A stretch of 64,000 nucleotides of DNA from positions 1 to 64,000 of the forward strand of contig NW_003314284.1 in assembly GCF_000143415.4 (NCBI RefSeq), given 5' to 3'. This DNA is from Selaginella moellendorffii. Taxonomy: Eukaryota; Plantae; Lycopodiophyta. The first letter of the stretch is position 1. Every line of letters starts with the position of its first letter. The notes under the pieces are model-generated. The model was not told where the DNA came from. It made no database searches and worked only from the letters and a program-made list of their open reading frames with translations. Below, one piece after another: positions 1 through 12,286 of the stretch. Made by a program: the position numbers and the translations under genes.

Positions 1-259
1 AGTTGCAAGCGGGCTTGGCGGCGAGCTGCGCGATCGGATCGCCCACGCCCCAGCGCTCGTTGTTCCATCGCCCTTGCCATTTCTTTGATTCGAAACTTCC
101 GGACCTGTTCCAAGCGATTCTTCCATCATCGTTTCGGGATTTGAGGACTTACGAGCTGGAAGATCGACAAAAGAAAGGGCAAAAGGAGGATAGGGTTCGA
201 TTTTACCTCTCAAAAGCCTCGACCACTGAGAAACGTACTTGGAGTAAGAGTTCGCACCC

Positions 260-900
260 TTGGAGGCATGGAGGGCAATGAGATCACTCTTCTGAAGGCC
301 ATGGGTGTTTGCACTGTGCTGGGAGATTCTCTCCAAGGGCAAGTAAATCTGTGCTTGAATTCTTTCTAGTAGTTGAGTTTATATGTATGGAAAGTGTGGG
401 CTCATTGAGATGCATTTGATTGAGCGGGATGAAACACGATGATCACTGTCTATGTGTCGCATGAGTGTGGTAAGCAAGCAATCCACCTCTATGCATACTT
501 GTGTCTGGAAGGGTTCTTATTAGTTGAGCAATAGTCTTGAAGTGCAATTATGTTTTAGTGTGAGCCTTGGACGATTGTCATTTAGCACATATACTTGGCA
601 TGGAAAGTTGCAATATGCATTTCTGATAGAGCAAAATGCAGGCCTAAGATAAAAAAAGATCACCTTCTCATGGCTTTAGATGCTTGTTTTTCTCTTGAAG
701 TTCTTTGAACTGCTAATCACATTCATAAGTTGTAGTTGGTTATGGGTTGGATTTTTCTCTTTAAGTGGAAAATTTATGGAAAATGCAGGGATGCATACAA
801 TGTGTTTGCTATAAAATAAAGGTGATCATTTGAATTGTCATGGTTACTGGACATGCTCAATGTGAACATTATTTACAGCAAGGTGAAGGAAAAAAAAGAA
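260..900 (+). pseudogene. Degenerate PLS-class PPR pseudogene remnant
   Basis: Broken frames translate to PPR motif pieces: GNEITLLKAMGVC, MYGKCGL, MITVY..ECGKQAIHLY..LCLEG, LMALDACFSL..IH, YGKCRDAYNVF. They are interrupted by stops and frameshifts. Confidence 0.65.
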
Positions 901-1392
901 ATGAATTGCATAGTCTATGCAAAAATTTCATAATGAATTGATTCAAGTCTTTTAATCACAAAAGAGATCAGAACCTTTTGGTAAAATTGATAGTAGCCTG
1001 AAAAGATATTACTAAATAATAAGAAAATTTATTATAACTAGGAATGCCCTTAGTGAAGTTGGGAATTTTGCTTACCATTCTCATATATTTAAAACCAAAG
1101 AGCCCATTAGCAAGTTTACAATGCCCTAACACTAAATGCAATGTGATTTTAGCCCTCTTAACACACACATTTTTTCTGTTTTTGCAAAGTGATTCTATTT
1201 CTTTTTCTATATGGGGTAATTTATCTTTTAACTATTGGGCAGGAATATTGCACACTTTTGTGGCTTTGACATTTTAATATGTTAGGATGTATTATAAAGA
1301 TTTATTAAATTTAGCATCAAATAGAACAAATAATAATTCTCATTGTACCACCCTCTAGAAACTAGGTAGTTGTAAGTAATCAAAGATAACAA

Positions 1393-1478
1393 AATTACAT
1401 TATATATTGAGAATTACATGACAAAGAATTACATCATATGTTGAGAATTACATGACAGAGAATTACACTACATGTTAA
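1393..1478. repeat. Short tandem repeat, ~35-bp unit built from AATTACA cores
   Basis: gaattacatcatatgttgagaattacatgaca-like unit, about 2.5 copies. Confidence 0.7.
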
Positions 1479-2235
1479 AATTGACATTTAGTAAATTTAA
1501 TTTGCTTTCAATTAAGTTCAACATAAATGGTAGAGTGTCAAAAGAGCAAAGCTCTTGGGAAAGTTATGGCTTTCAACTTCCATTAACGAGCATGAACTTA
1601 TAAGGAAGTATAGTAAATTATAAATAACTAAAAAGAACAAATTGAGAGACAATCTATAATTCAAATATAGAGGGAAATAACAAAAGCACACCCTTTTTTC
1701 CAATTAGTTTGGGATACTTAGGGGGTTAAAACGTCTTAGGTTTGAGTATTGGGATATTTGGGGGTTAAGTCTCCTTATGTTTGAGTAATACTGGGCTGGG
1801 TGGCTTCTCAAAAAATCTAAATTCTCGAACCCAATCTCAAATCTCAGACTTAGTTTCAAACTTAGTCTCAATCTTATCTGATGAGCTTTTTATTGTTCTA
1901 GTTTTGATTTTGGAATCTTTTCGCCTACAACAACTTAGGGGAGTTGATTCCAAACAATAATATGTATATTGTGGGAGTATAATTATTTAACACTTGGTAC
2001 ATTTGTAGAAATAAAAATTGAAAAGCTAGGGTAGTGCGAGCTACTCCTTTAAAGGAAACAGGTGGTTTTATCACTGATCATTGTTGCTTTGTCATTTTGG
2101 AACATCATTTCATTAGTTTTTGTTCCTTCAAATATTAATTAAATTAGTGCCTTAATAGTTTTAGAACCAATTGAGAAGAAAAAAACTAGTAGATGGACTG
2201 TCCATGAAAATGCACGATTTGATATTTGAAGTAGA

Positions 2236-2545
2236 TGTAAGCGACTAAATTTTCAATTCTACTTTAGTCACTTAATCACACCTCCGACCACTTGAAGGAG
2301 TCTCACTCACAACCTCCATAAGTCCTATTTTGAACTTAGGGGCTTGCTAACCCCAAGAATGACATCCAAGCTACTCAACCATTGCACTGTGTCCAAGTGC
2401 TTTATGTGTCTGATCCCATGACCGACACCCCAAAGTACCACCGACATATCAGTTTGTTACGCTAAGGCCATACCCATTTACATTGGTTACACCGGTGGTC
2501 TAACACCACCTACATCACAGTCCCGTCTCTCAAAGACTGAGCCAT
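2236..2545 (-). mobile_element. Possible LTR remnant (TG...CA) with adjacent purine-rich tract
   Basis: Segment runs from TGTAAG (~2236) to ATCACA (~2519). On the minus strand GAGAGACGGGAC abuts TGTGATG, like a PPT-LTR junction. No TSD or second LTR was seen. Confidence 0.3.
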
Positions 2546-3339
2546 CCATTTATGAGTGATCATCCCAGATCCACTCCTTAGCATCTTTAGGATGCCCACA
2601 GACAAGAGGAATAACTTTCGCCAATATCTTTTTTCCGGTCCCCACCAAGTCCCTTTCTGTCTATGCCATGTTTGCTAATATTGTCACTGGATTAAGTCGG
2701 CTGCGACTGGGTCTTGTACAACGGTTTACCTCTACACTTACCTGATAGCCATCATCTCAGCAACCGGGTTCCCGTAATAAAAAAATCATACCATGTACTT
2801 GAACCATATGACAGGGGTTTCTTTGTTTGCGAAATCCATGGCGTTTTGTTAGATCGCCCACCGGACGAGATTATCCCCCGCATTCATGCTGCTCGGCATT
2901 TCGTCCTTGGCAAAGCCCCTTTGGAGTTAGAAGGACTGGAGGAATCGATCATCGTGGCGGCGCTCGATTGCCTCGCCTACCACCCTGTATGAATGGAACA
3001 GCAACATCAAGATCTCTTCCAAAACAGCCAGCAATATCACATATTGGATCCCCTTGCATTCCCGCTGTCAGCCAAGGGCGAGCCCGAGACCAATCCACCG
3101 GAGCTCTTCAAGTGATGCCGAGATCAAGCTCGCTGTGTGTGCCAACTTCAAACTCGAGCAAAAGCGAGCCTGAAGAGGACGCGAGCACCCGACTTGGAGC
3201 AGGGCTGAGAGTGAAAACACGATTGTCCGAAGTTGATGCCTGTTTCGTCGCTGAGATCTCCAGCCAAGTGCTTCGGCAAGCTCGCCTCCAGCTCCCGGAG
3301 TGTCCAGTCTTGCAGGCATCTCTCAACTGCATTGATTCA

Positions 3340-3936
3340 GGACGCCGGGACCGTGAGAGACGTGGATAGTATCTTTGGGCTCTCTCAAGGCGAAACGAGC
3401 CCTCTCTTCTTTGGAGACGCTGCGCTCTCCCTGCAGTCATCCCCAGCACTGAGCTGGCCGATTCGATCACGCGGAGCACGCCACTCCTCTTCAGCTCTAG
3501 TGTCGAGTCTAATCTCTATCTCCACAGCGTTTACGTGAACGACGTGTGGGCCGGGTCTGAGGCCAACACCGGCTGGACCGTCTTCGACTCGGGCTCCCCA
3601 GTGACATCTCTAACCGGTGCCTACAACGTGACGGAAATCTTCGCCAGCATGGTCGATCTTCCGCAGGTGAGTGTCCCACACTTGGACAAGTGCTTCAACA
3701 CCTCGGGCCACGAAAATTACAGGTTCCCCTCGATCAGCTTCCGCTTTGCTAACGGCGCGGAGCTCCGGCCACCCCAGGAGAACGTAATGTCCGTCGATGG
3801 CGACCTTGCATGCTTAACTGTTGGGCGAGGGGGCATTAACATCATTGGAAATATCATGCAGCAGAACTATCACGTCCTCTACGACTTGAAATCGGTCAGG
3901 CTCTCGTTTCGTCGTGCTCGATCCCACGAGCTTTAG
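3340..3936 (+). pseudogene. Truncated nepenthesin-like aspartic protease (C-terminal lobe only)
   Basis: Motifs IFGLSQG..SPLFFGDAA, TVFDSGS, FPSISFRFANGAEL and NIIGNIMQQNYHVLYDL..RLSF. The N-terminal DTG lobe and signal peptide are absent, and there is a frame break near 3535. Confidence 0.8.
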
Positions 3937-3973
3937 ATTCGACTTACATGTATAGTTTTTGTCTTTCAAGTCA

Positions 3974-5917
3974 CTAGATTCTTTCACGCTTGCATTTGTA
4001 GATGTTGGAGAGAGCCAAGTATGGAGATGCATTCCTGGGCTCCAGCTCGAAAACCCGCTCGGCAGCCACCCAAGAAACTTGATCCACGGATGAAGTTTTG
4101 GTGTGGACCCTGGAGGCCGCGAGAAGGGACATCCACGCCGTGGCAGTGGGCTCAAAAGGCATGAGTTCCATGAGCTCGTTTGCGTGCTGGAGCTGCCCGA
4201 GCCGAGCAAGCATGTCCACAATACACCGGTAGTGATCGCTTGCGGGTGTAACATTGTAGTCCTGGATCATTGAGATGAGGCAGTCGCAGCAGCGGTGGAG
4301 CGATCCGGCATGGCTCAGGGCGGAGAGGATGTTGATGAAGGTGGTATCCGTCGCGCGGACTCCCTGGAGCTCCATTTCCTGGAGCTTTTCAAATGCCGAG
4401 TGAATATGACCGACCTGGGCATATGCGGCAAGCATTGTGTTCCACGCACAGGCATCTCTCAACTGCATTGATTCAAAGATCGAGAGAGCTTTACTCGTGT
4501 TGCCGCATTTTCCATACATGTTGACAAGAGCATTCCCCAAAGCGCCCTCGAGATCGAGGCCAAGATCTTCGATGCATTCGTGGACCAACTTGCCGCGGAG
4601 AATGTCCGAGTGAAGCGAGCTCGCATCGAGAAGGGTGATGAGAGTGATCTTTGTTGGGAGAATCCCTTCCAAGGACATCCTACAAAAGAGATGAAAGGCT
4701 TCTAGCGGATGCCCGTTTTGAGCATTGGCAGTGATCATCGCAGTCCAAGAAACCACACACTTCTTATCGAGGCTATCAAAGATGCCTCTCGCAATGTCAA
4801 CTCTATCACACTTTCCGTACATGTTGATGAGTGTGTTTACAAGGTTAGAATGCGAATTAAGCCCCAATCTCACAATCCGTTCATGAATGAGCTTGCCTTG
4901 GCTGAGATCTTGCAACGCAATGCACGCGTCCAAGAGGGCAAGAAACACTACGTTGTCGGGCCTGACTCCCTCGAGATCCATTCTTCTAAAGATCTCCAAA
5001 GCCTTGCGAAGGTTTCCATTTTGTGTGTGAGCATTGATCGCCGCGGTCCAAGCAACCACATTGCAGTGCTGTTCTAGGGAGGTTGTAAAGACCCGCATTG
5101 CGTTCTCTATGTCGCCAAGATTCCCGTACATCTCGATCAAGCTGCAACACACCATTGGAAGCAATCCAGATCGAGAAATCCGGGTTTCAAGATCCAAGAG
5201 ATTGATTCGAATGTGATGATACGGATGGAGCTTTGAAAGGGCTGTACAGAGGGCAATGTATGTGATTCCGTTGGCCACAATCCCCTCGAGCTCCATTCTT
5301 CGAAACAGCAAAAGCGCGCCCGGATGCCCTTTTCGGGCATATGCAGAAATCATACAAGTCCAAGTGATAACATCTTTGGTTTCAAGTCTTTCGAACATAG
5401 TTTTTGTTTCTTGTAGATTCAGCCAGATGCTGTATAAATTGAGCAGTGCATTTTTCAAGACAAGATCAGAAGCAAGACCCAATTCGTGAACGCAAGTTCG
5501 AAGCAACACAATGTCTGCTGCAGACGCGATCTCGGCCAAAGCATCAATAGTCGCAATCAAGGCTATTCGATCGGGTTTTATGCCCTCCAAATTCATTTTC
5601 CAGAAGCACAAACGCGCAGATAAAAAATGCCCATTTTGGGCAAATGCGGAAATCATCATTGTCCACGAGAAAACATTCCGCTTACGAATGCTCTCGAAAA
5701 CAAAACATGCGTCATCGATCGCGCTGCACTTTCCATACATTTCGACGATCAAGTTATCAACAAATGTGGTCGTCGCTTGCTTCCAAATCCGGGCGTGAAG
5801 CTGTCTCGCGTGTGCGAGGCTTCTGGAATTCCCACAGGCTCGAAGCAACGGAGCATATTCCGCATCCCTGGTTTGGTGTGGAAGCAAGAAAGGCCGGGCA
5901 TGGGTAACGCAGCACAT
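3974..5917 (-). CDS. PLS-class pentatricopeptide repeat protein with E domain, no DYW (organellar RNA editing factor), 647 aa
   Basis: Intronless ORF with repeated MYGKC / VFSWT.MI.A.AQNG motifs and an E domain (HYRCIVDMLARLG...MPFEP..AWMSLL...ELEPRNASPYLALSNIY). Confidence 0.95.
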   Translation of the reverse strand: MCCVTHARPFLLPHQTRDAEYAPLLRACGNSRSLAHARQLHARIWKQATTTFVDNLIVEMYGKCSAIDDACFVFESIRKRNVFSWTMMISAFAQNGHFLSARLCFWKMNLEGIKPDRIALIATIDALAEIASAADIVLLRTCVHELGLASDLVLKNALLNLYSIWLNLQETKTMFERLETKDVITWTCMISAYARKGHPGALLLFRRMELEGIVANGITYIALCTALSKLHPYHHIRINLLDLETRISRSGLLPMVCCSLIEMYGNLGDIENAMRVFTTSLEQHCNVVAWTAAINAHTQNGNLRKALEIFRRMDLEGVRPDNVVFLALLDACIALQDLSQGKLIHERIVRLGLNSHSNLVNTLINMYGKCDRVDIARGIFDSLDKKCVVSWTAMITANAQNGHPLEAFHLFCRMSLEGILPTKITLITLLDASSLHSDILRGKLVHECIEDLGLDLEGALGNALVNMYGKCGNTSKALSIFESMQLRDACAWNTMLAAYAQVGHIHSAFEKLQEMELQGVRATDTTFINILSALSHAGSLHRCCDCLISMIQDYNVTPASDHYRCIVDMLARLGQLQHANELMELMPFEPTATAWMSLLAASRVHTKTSSVDQVSWVAAERVFELEPRNASPYLALSNIYKCKRERI

Positions 5918-5985
5918 CTCATTTCCAGCATTGAATTAAATGACATTACAATGTTCCCGCTACATTGTGTGTTACATAAATATTA

Positions 5986-6281
5986 TTCAAGAAACTTTCA
6001 TCCCCCTCGAGCTCTGTCGACGCAGATTGAGTTTGGACGAGATCCAGATCCAAAGCCTTAACGGTTTTCTTTTGATCCCAGAGATTTAGCTTCTTCTCAA
6101 GAAGAAGCCGCTGCGTTTGTTTCAGTATCTTCTACATTCAAGAAACTTTGATCCTGCTCGAGCTTTGCCACCGCAGATTGAGTTTGGACGAGATTCAGAT
6201 CCAAAGCTGCTCTCAGGCTTAAAGGTAGAGCTCCAGTTTTTCTTTGGATTCCAGAGATTTAGCTTCTTCTCAAGAAAGAAG
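5986..6281 (+). repeat. Imperfect direct duplication (~120-145 bp x2) upstream of the PPR gene
   Basis: attcaagaaacttt...cgcagattgagtttggacgagat.cagatccaaagc...ccagagatttagcttcttctcaagaa occurs at ~5986 and ~6136. Confidence 0.85.
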
Positions 6282-7408
6282 AGGAAGAGCTTCACAGAAC
6301 AGAGAATTCAGTCATCTAGAAGAACACCCAAAGAGATTAAGAGAGAAAAAACATGTATTAAACCTGCAAGATCTCCAAGGTCCTCATGGATCGATACATT
6401 CACCAATCCCTCCGATTCTACTTCGGCATGAACTTCCTCCACAGCACTTTTTGTTACCACAACGTATACAACGCCCATCTGAAATGGTCAGATGATTAGA
6501 TTCAACATCAAAACCTGGCTTCCTTGTTACCTTGGAACATGGCTGCTGAAGAGCTTATTGTCATGAACACAAATGAGATGTAGACAATGATGAACAAAGC
6601 TAGACTCAGCTTCTGAAGAATACCCATACCCCTCTTGAGCCAGACCAAATTGATTTGAAGTTATGTCTTCATCTTATAGATATGCAAAGTCAGCTGTACA
6701 GTGGCTGAAACATAGCACATGGTTTCTTGGTTTAAGAATTTCAAACATTCAACAAGCAAGTGGTTGGATCTTGAAAACTAATTGTTTTTTTCCGATATAT
6801 AGAACTCTCCAGACATCACTACCGCCCGCGCCACACCCCAAACTCTGATCGTCAAGAATTCTCCCCACCACGATTGGAAAAACATAGTAAACTGAGTTGG
6901 TACTAAATCACTGAACTGGTAAATGCAAGTAGTTCCACAACACTACAATTACACCTCACAGCACTGTCACACCTCATGGCCACCCCAACCGGCCTCAAAC
7001 CTGGCGGGAGGATGTATGCGAGTGTCGAAACGTTCAAGAAGCTTGCAAGTTCACTGATAGTGGTCCAATAGTTTCTCCATCTTTTCATGGATGAAAAGAT
7101 GGAGAAACCTCTCCTGGAGGCCGGACTGACAGCAAATTTTCATCCAGAGCCACACCATTTTTGAGCTCCAACCCCATTTCTTAAAAATGTGGAGCAAACG
7201 GTCTCCGGTGTTTTCAGGCGATAGTGAGAGAGTCTGTTGTTGTTGCGAACTCAAGATGGTAGACACGAACTCAGTCATTACAAGCCTTTATAAATCTTCT
7301 TTAATGGTGATTTTATACAGTATGTTACTCAAGATTATTAAATTAGCTTCTAAACGCGAGGGAGGAGATTTGGTGTTTAGGCTAGCGGATAAAGCTGCTG
7401 AAAAAAAA

Positions 7409-8265
7409 ATGGATTGGGGAGCGATTCTGGGGCTGATCGTGGCGATAGCCATCCCAGTGGCCGGAGGATTTGCGGGAGCGAAATTTGGAGCCGTAAGTTT
7501 CAATCGCCCAAAGTCTCAGTTGCCCAAGTTTAAATTTCCCATGTTCTTGCAGCTTGGTACAGGCAGCTCAACAAGCCTCCATGGACGCCTCCGGTAAAAT
7601 GGAAAAATCCCTCACTTGTTTCTTCTAACTTCTTTCTCTGCTTGTGCCAGAGCTGGGTCTTTCCTGTAATGTGGACAGCTCTCTACATTCTCATGGGGAT
7701 CGCGTCCTGGCTTGTCTGGAAAGATGGAGGTAATTAGAAACCTTTGAGAAGCATCTCATCACAAGTTCTTTCCTGTAAATTTTCCTTCGTTTCCAGGTTT
7801 TAAGAGGCACGCGCTTCCTCTAGCCATTTACATCGTTCAGGTTATAAAATTCCTCACTTTTGGTTTTTATTCAGAAGAAAGAGCTGAGTTTTCATTTGTG
7901 GTTGTTGCAGCTCATACTAAACTTTGCATGGACGCCAATCTTTTTCGGCTACCATCGATTTGTAAGTTGGCGCTTGTGAAATTTTTGCTCCTGGCTGACA
8001 GTGTGTTGTCACAGGATTTCGCATTTGCTGAAATAGTTCTGCTGTGGCTGGCCATCCTTGCAACTATTATCCTCTTCTGGCCAGTGAGTCATGCAGCTGC
8101 ATATTTACTTATACCATACATTCTCTGGTAAGTGGCTGCACTTCTTAGAAATAAAAGAATTACATTGTTTCATCCAGGGTGACACTGGCTGCATCCATCA
8201 ATCTCTACGTTTTGATCTACAATCCATCAGATGGGTTAACTCAACCTCTTCAAGAATCTTACTAG
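7409..8265 (+). CDS. TSPO: Translocator protein / tryptophan-rich sensory protein (TspO/MBR family), multi-exon
   Basis: Spliced product: MDWGAILGLIVAIAIP...WYRQLNKPPWTPP.WVFPVMWTALYILMGIASWLVW...QLILNFAWTPIFFG...AAYLLIPYILWVTLAASIN. Introns are GT-AG. Confidence 0.93.
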
Positions 8266-8625
8266 ATCACAACATGAACACCAAGAAACTCACTAGATCA
8301 AAACATGAACATCAAAATGGACTCCTCTTTGTTATTTCGTTTTCTGTTTTTTCTTGAGAATAATACTCGTCTGTGAATCTTAAATCTTAAATTTGGCAAG
8401 TTACTTCAAAGGAGATCGTTTCTCAAAGTGAGGAAAAGCAGAAGCATGTTTTTATTGCTCAGAGACAAGACCTTTCAAGCTGGAAATGGTCATCAGAGAA
8501 GAGCCTCCTTCTAGCAGCTGCTGCTGCAGGGTGGCTTTCAGACCGGCCTTTGATTCCTCATTGCGAGAAAAATTTCAATGCAAGCGTATGGTTTGCAAAA
8601 GAGTTAGTGAGAATTCAGAAGTTTC

Positions 8626-9185
8626 TTACGAGGATACAACTCCGAGCTTTGGCCCGTTATCCGGTTTGCCCTGCCCAGCCGCGAGTTCCGCGTCTAGTTG
8701 ACAATGTGGAGCTGGGCCTTGCATGGCCTTCACTCTATCGAGAGGTGAAAGAAGATTAAAGCAGGCCTCGCAAAGAACAAGGGAGAAAAAACAAACCTTT
8801 TCTTATGCCGTTTGGTCTTAAAATGCTCTTCCATGATGGAAGACGACGAGAAATACCGGCTGAAAGAAGCAAGCGTTTATAAAGAATGAAAGACAAGGAA
8901 TCGGCGCTTAACTCGCAATGCAAGCAGTAGAACTGCCCCATTCCAGGGAGATCCTCGTCTCGAGCTCGCGCGGGCGCCCCTTCGTCCATAGACGACTCCA
9001 AATTCTTCACCTCCGAATAGATCATATCATCGCGTGCCTGGAATCTGTCAAGGAGAACACCACCAATGCCTACCAATCATCAGAGAAGCAAAAAGGATAT
9101 CCTTGACCAGGAATTTGGCCCGCCGCGCGCTCTTGTGGGAGTATTTCTTCTTCGCCGGCTTCTTGTGATTCGGGCACCGCCCCAT
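8626..9185 (-). CDS. BUD20: C2H2 zinc-finger ribosome biogenesis factor BUD20/ZNF593-like, 4 exons
   Basis: MGRCPNHKKPAKKKYSHKSARRAKFLVKGDDMIY...DEDLPGMGQFYCLHC.RYF...EHFKTKRHKKRVK...PHCQLDAELAAGQGKPDNGP. Confidence 0.92.
9034..9100 (-). other. U12-type AT-AC intron (67 bp) in BUD20
   Basis: Donor ATATCCTT, branch site TCCTTGAC (9054-9047), ends in AC. Splicing restores K-G-D-D-M-I-Y. Confidence 0.9.
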
Positions 9186-9326
9186 TCCTGATAAACCCTA
9201 ATTCTATAAACCCTAAACTCGTGGATACGGAAGACTTTCTCGTACGGGTAGCTCATGGATAACTCAGTCGAGTCAGGTGAGAAGCGTCTTAGGTAGGGCA
9301 ATCAATCCGCTCCAGCCGATTCAAGA
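9186..9326. promoter_or_regulatory. 141-bp bidirectional intergenic region (BUD20 / BCKDHB) with two telo-boxes
   Basis: Divergent ATGs at 9185 and 9327; AAACCCTAA occurs twice at ~9193-9216. Confidence 0.7.
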
Positions 9327-11168
9327 ATGGGGCGGTTTCACGGTAGGGTATTTGGAGCTCTCTCTGGGCGCCGATCGTTCTCTTCTTCATCTTCTCCTTC
9401 TTCCGCCACAATTCCATGCGAGACGAAGCGCATGAATCTCTTCTCGGCAGTGAACGAGGCGCTTCACATTGCGCTGGAATCGGATCCAAGGCAAGAAATC
9501 GCTGTAGCATTTCTTTCATGAAAATTTTCACGGGAATTCCTTGGGCAGGGCCTACGTGTTTGGAGAAGATGTTAAATTCGGTGGAGTTTTTAGGTGCACT
9601 AGCGGGCTGGCGGATGCGTTTGGTACGCATCGAGTTTTCAACACTCCTTTGTGCGAGCAAGTAACAATGGATCACAAAGAAAAAAAAAAAAAAAAACTGT
9701 TCGACGATTGAAAAGTTGCTTTCTCTCCTTAACAGGGACTCGTTGGATTTGGAATTGGTCTTGCTGCTATGGTTAGACATGACGATACTTCTTTTCTTTT
9801 TCCTGGCTAACTCCAAGTCTTGAGTTTGCAGGGAAATCGTGCTATCGCCGAGATCCAGTTCGCAGACTACATTTTCCCAGCGTTTGATCAGGCAAGTTGA
9901 CAGTACCTGGCTTGCTTTTCGATGAAAATCTAAAATAAACTATGGCTCAGCTCGTGAACGAAGCTGCAAAGTTCCGGTACAGGAGCGGAAATGCTTTTAA
10001 TTGTGGAGGTGAGAACTGTCTGTTTTTCTATCCTTTTTGCTCGTACTATTTACTACTCACAAAAGTGTGTGCTTGACTAGTTGTGCAGGTCTCACTGTAA
10101 GATCTCCGTATGGTGCCGTAGGACATGGAGGCCACTATCATTCCCAGTCCCCAGAAGCTTTTTTTTGCCATGTTCCTGGTCTAAAGGTATGCTCAATCAA
10201 GATGGCTTTAATGGCAAAGGTTCTTCTTTTGTCAGGTGGTGATTCCAAGGAATCCGTCACAAGCGAAAGGATTGTTGCTTGCTTCTATCAGAGACCCGAA
10301 TCCTGTTATATTTTTCGAACCGAAGGTGAGGATTGAGGAAGGACGTCCACTTTCTCTACGGGAAAATTCTCATAATTGTTGATGGATGTCGATCATTTCC
10401 AGTGGCTGTATCGTCTATCCGTGGACGAGGTTCCAGAGGGAGATTACATGCTTCCTTTGTCCAACGCAGAGGTACACCGTTGGAGAACTAAAAACGATTC
10501 ATTCTGTGCACTAACTCGGGCTCGCAGGTGATACGCGAGGGGACAGACATTACACTAGTTGCGTGGGGAGCGCAACTCGCAGTAATGCAGCAAGCATGCG
10601 CCGAGGCCGAAAAGGTACTGTGCTCGTGTTTCTTTCGGCAAAAGGTGACCAAGTTTGTGTTCTTCCAGGAAGGAATCTCGTGTGAGCTCATTGATCTGAG
10701 AACTCTCATTCCATGGGACAAGGAACTCGTGGAAGCTTCGGTGAACAAAACGGGGAAGTTGATAGTAAGTCTTCGCAAATTAACGTTTCTTTTTTGTTGT
10801 GTTTTTGGTGTGTTACGTTAACACGAAACTTTCAGGTTAGCCATGAAGCGCCAGTAACTGGAGGTTTTGGCGCAGAGATCGCAGCAACCATTGCGGAGCG
10901 TTGTTTTCTACGGGTACATTAAGTTTACTTGTTCTTCGGCTGAAATTCGTTGGTGCTTTTTTGTTTGGATCTTCTTGGACAGCTCGAGGCCCCGATTGCG
11001 AGAGTATGCGGCCTTGACACGCCGTTTCCTCTTGTCTTTGAGCCATTCTACATGCCTACAGCAAACAAAGTAAGCACGGCTTGATCCGCGGCTTTGACAA
11101 CCATTTTTTATTCTCTCTCCATTTACTTCCAGGTTTTAGACGCAATCAAAGCGGCTGTAAAATTCTAA
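9327..11168 (+). CDS. BCKDHB: Branched-chain alpha-keto acid dehydrogenase E1 beta subunit, mitochondrial, multi-exon
   Basis: Transit peptide, then [105 protein letters not shown]. Confidence 0.96.
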
Positions 11169-12286
11169 CTATCAAAGTCTCGCTAGACACGATCGAGCGA
11201 GAAAAATTCCCTACAAGAAAAGAGCGTGAACACTGGGTTCGCTCTTTTGACTCAGAACTTTACGCCAAAAGCAAAGGAAAAAGTACAAAGTGCCCCTGTA
11301 GTCCACGGATTGCGACTCTATATTTTTTATATGGTCCTTTCCTGGTGCCATGAAAGCCGTGGTGGATTCAAGCTCAAAGTTTCAGTTTCCAGATCAAAGA
11401 GACAAAAGGTACAAGGAAGTGTGTCATATGAAACTACTGCTCTCTCAATTCTAATTCAATTCCAAGGTACTGCCAAGGCCAAAAGATGATATATTTTCTC
11501 TCTTCGTTATTTCTCCAGCCTTGATCGATTTGAGTCCCTGTCGATAAAAGAATGTCCGTTCATTCCGGTCCAGAGAGACAGTGAAGCTGGGGAAAAAAAA
11601 AAATCTCTTAGTTTTCACATGAATGCCACTCCATGAATGCATATCACAGATCGCAATCTCTTTCATCACTGGCGGTACTTCCAAACAAACAAACTCGTAG
11701 CTGGCTATTGACTTCCCAGGCCGGATATTTCACTCGCTCGCAAGAGAAAATGCCGGGTGCGTGGATATTTGGAGAATATCCGGGGAGCAGTGGAGCTCCA
11801 CGTGGCAGATGGTCCCACGCGCGAGTCTCAACGTGAATCTGCACGAAAGGACTGGGGCGTCAGGAACGTGGCGGGTTCTCTTCGACGTGATCGCAGCCGC
11901 CCATCGTCTGGCCTTTACGGAATCCCTGAGCCAGAATGGCCACCAGATGGACGATACGCTGGCATCGAAGCTTCTGGCTCCAATATTCTCTAGGGAACTT
12001 GGTCTCATCCCCTGTGTACTTACTGTGCGCTCCAGCTGCTCGCCGCGGAATGGAATGGGATCAACGCGGCGAAGGAGGATCTAGCTAGGTCTGTCGCCAG
12101 ACGATCGATCGCGCAGGAGCGCGCGCCATCGGCATTTGAGTCTCTCGGGGGATATCAGGTAATGCGGCTCGAAATCTCTCTCTTGCCAGCGATCTTTGTG
12201 CTTGCATTGGCCGATCCGGCCTGGAAATTCGTGTCTCATTGCGATTCTTGATCAGGAAGAGCTCGCGAGTCGTCTTCCGATTGAAA

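Noticed and set aside
1393-1478. Repeat-spacer-like pattern suggesting CRISPR
   Set aside because: The spacers are themselves repeated, the context is eukaryotic and there are no cas genes; it is a simple tandem repeat.
6400-7300. Short ORFs upstream of TSPO (similar ones at 11600-12100 and 20900-21400)
   Set aside because: No recognisable motifs or consistent splice structure.
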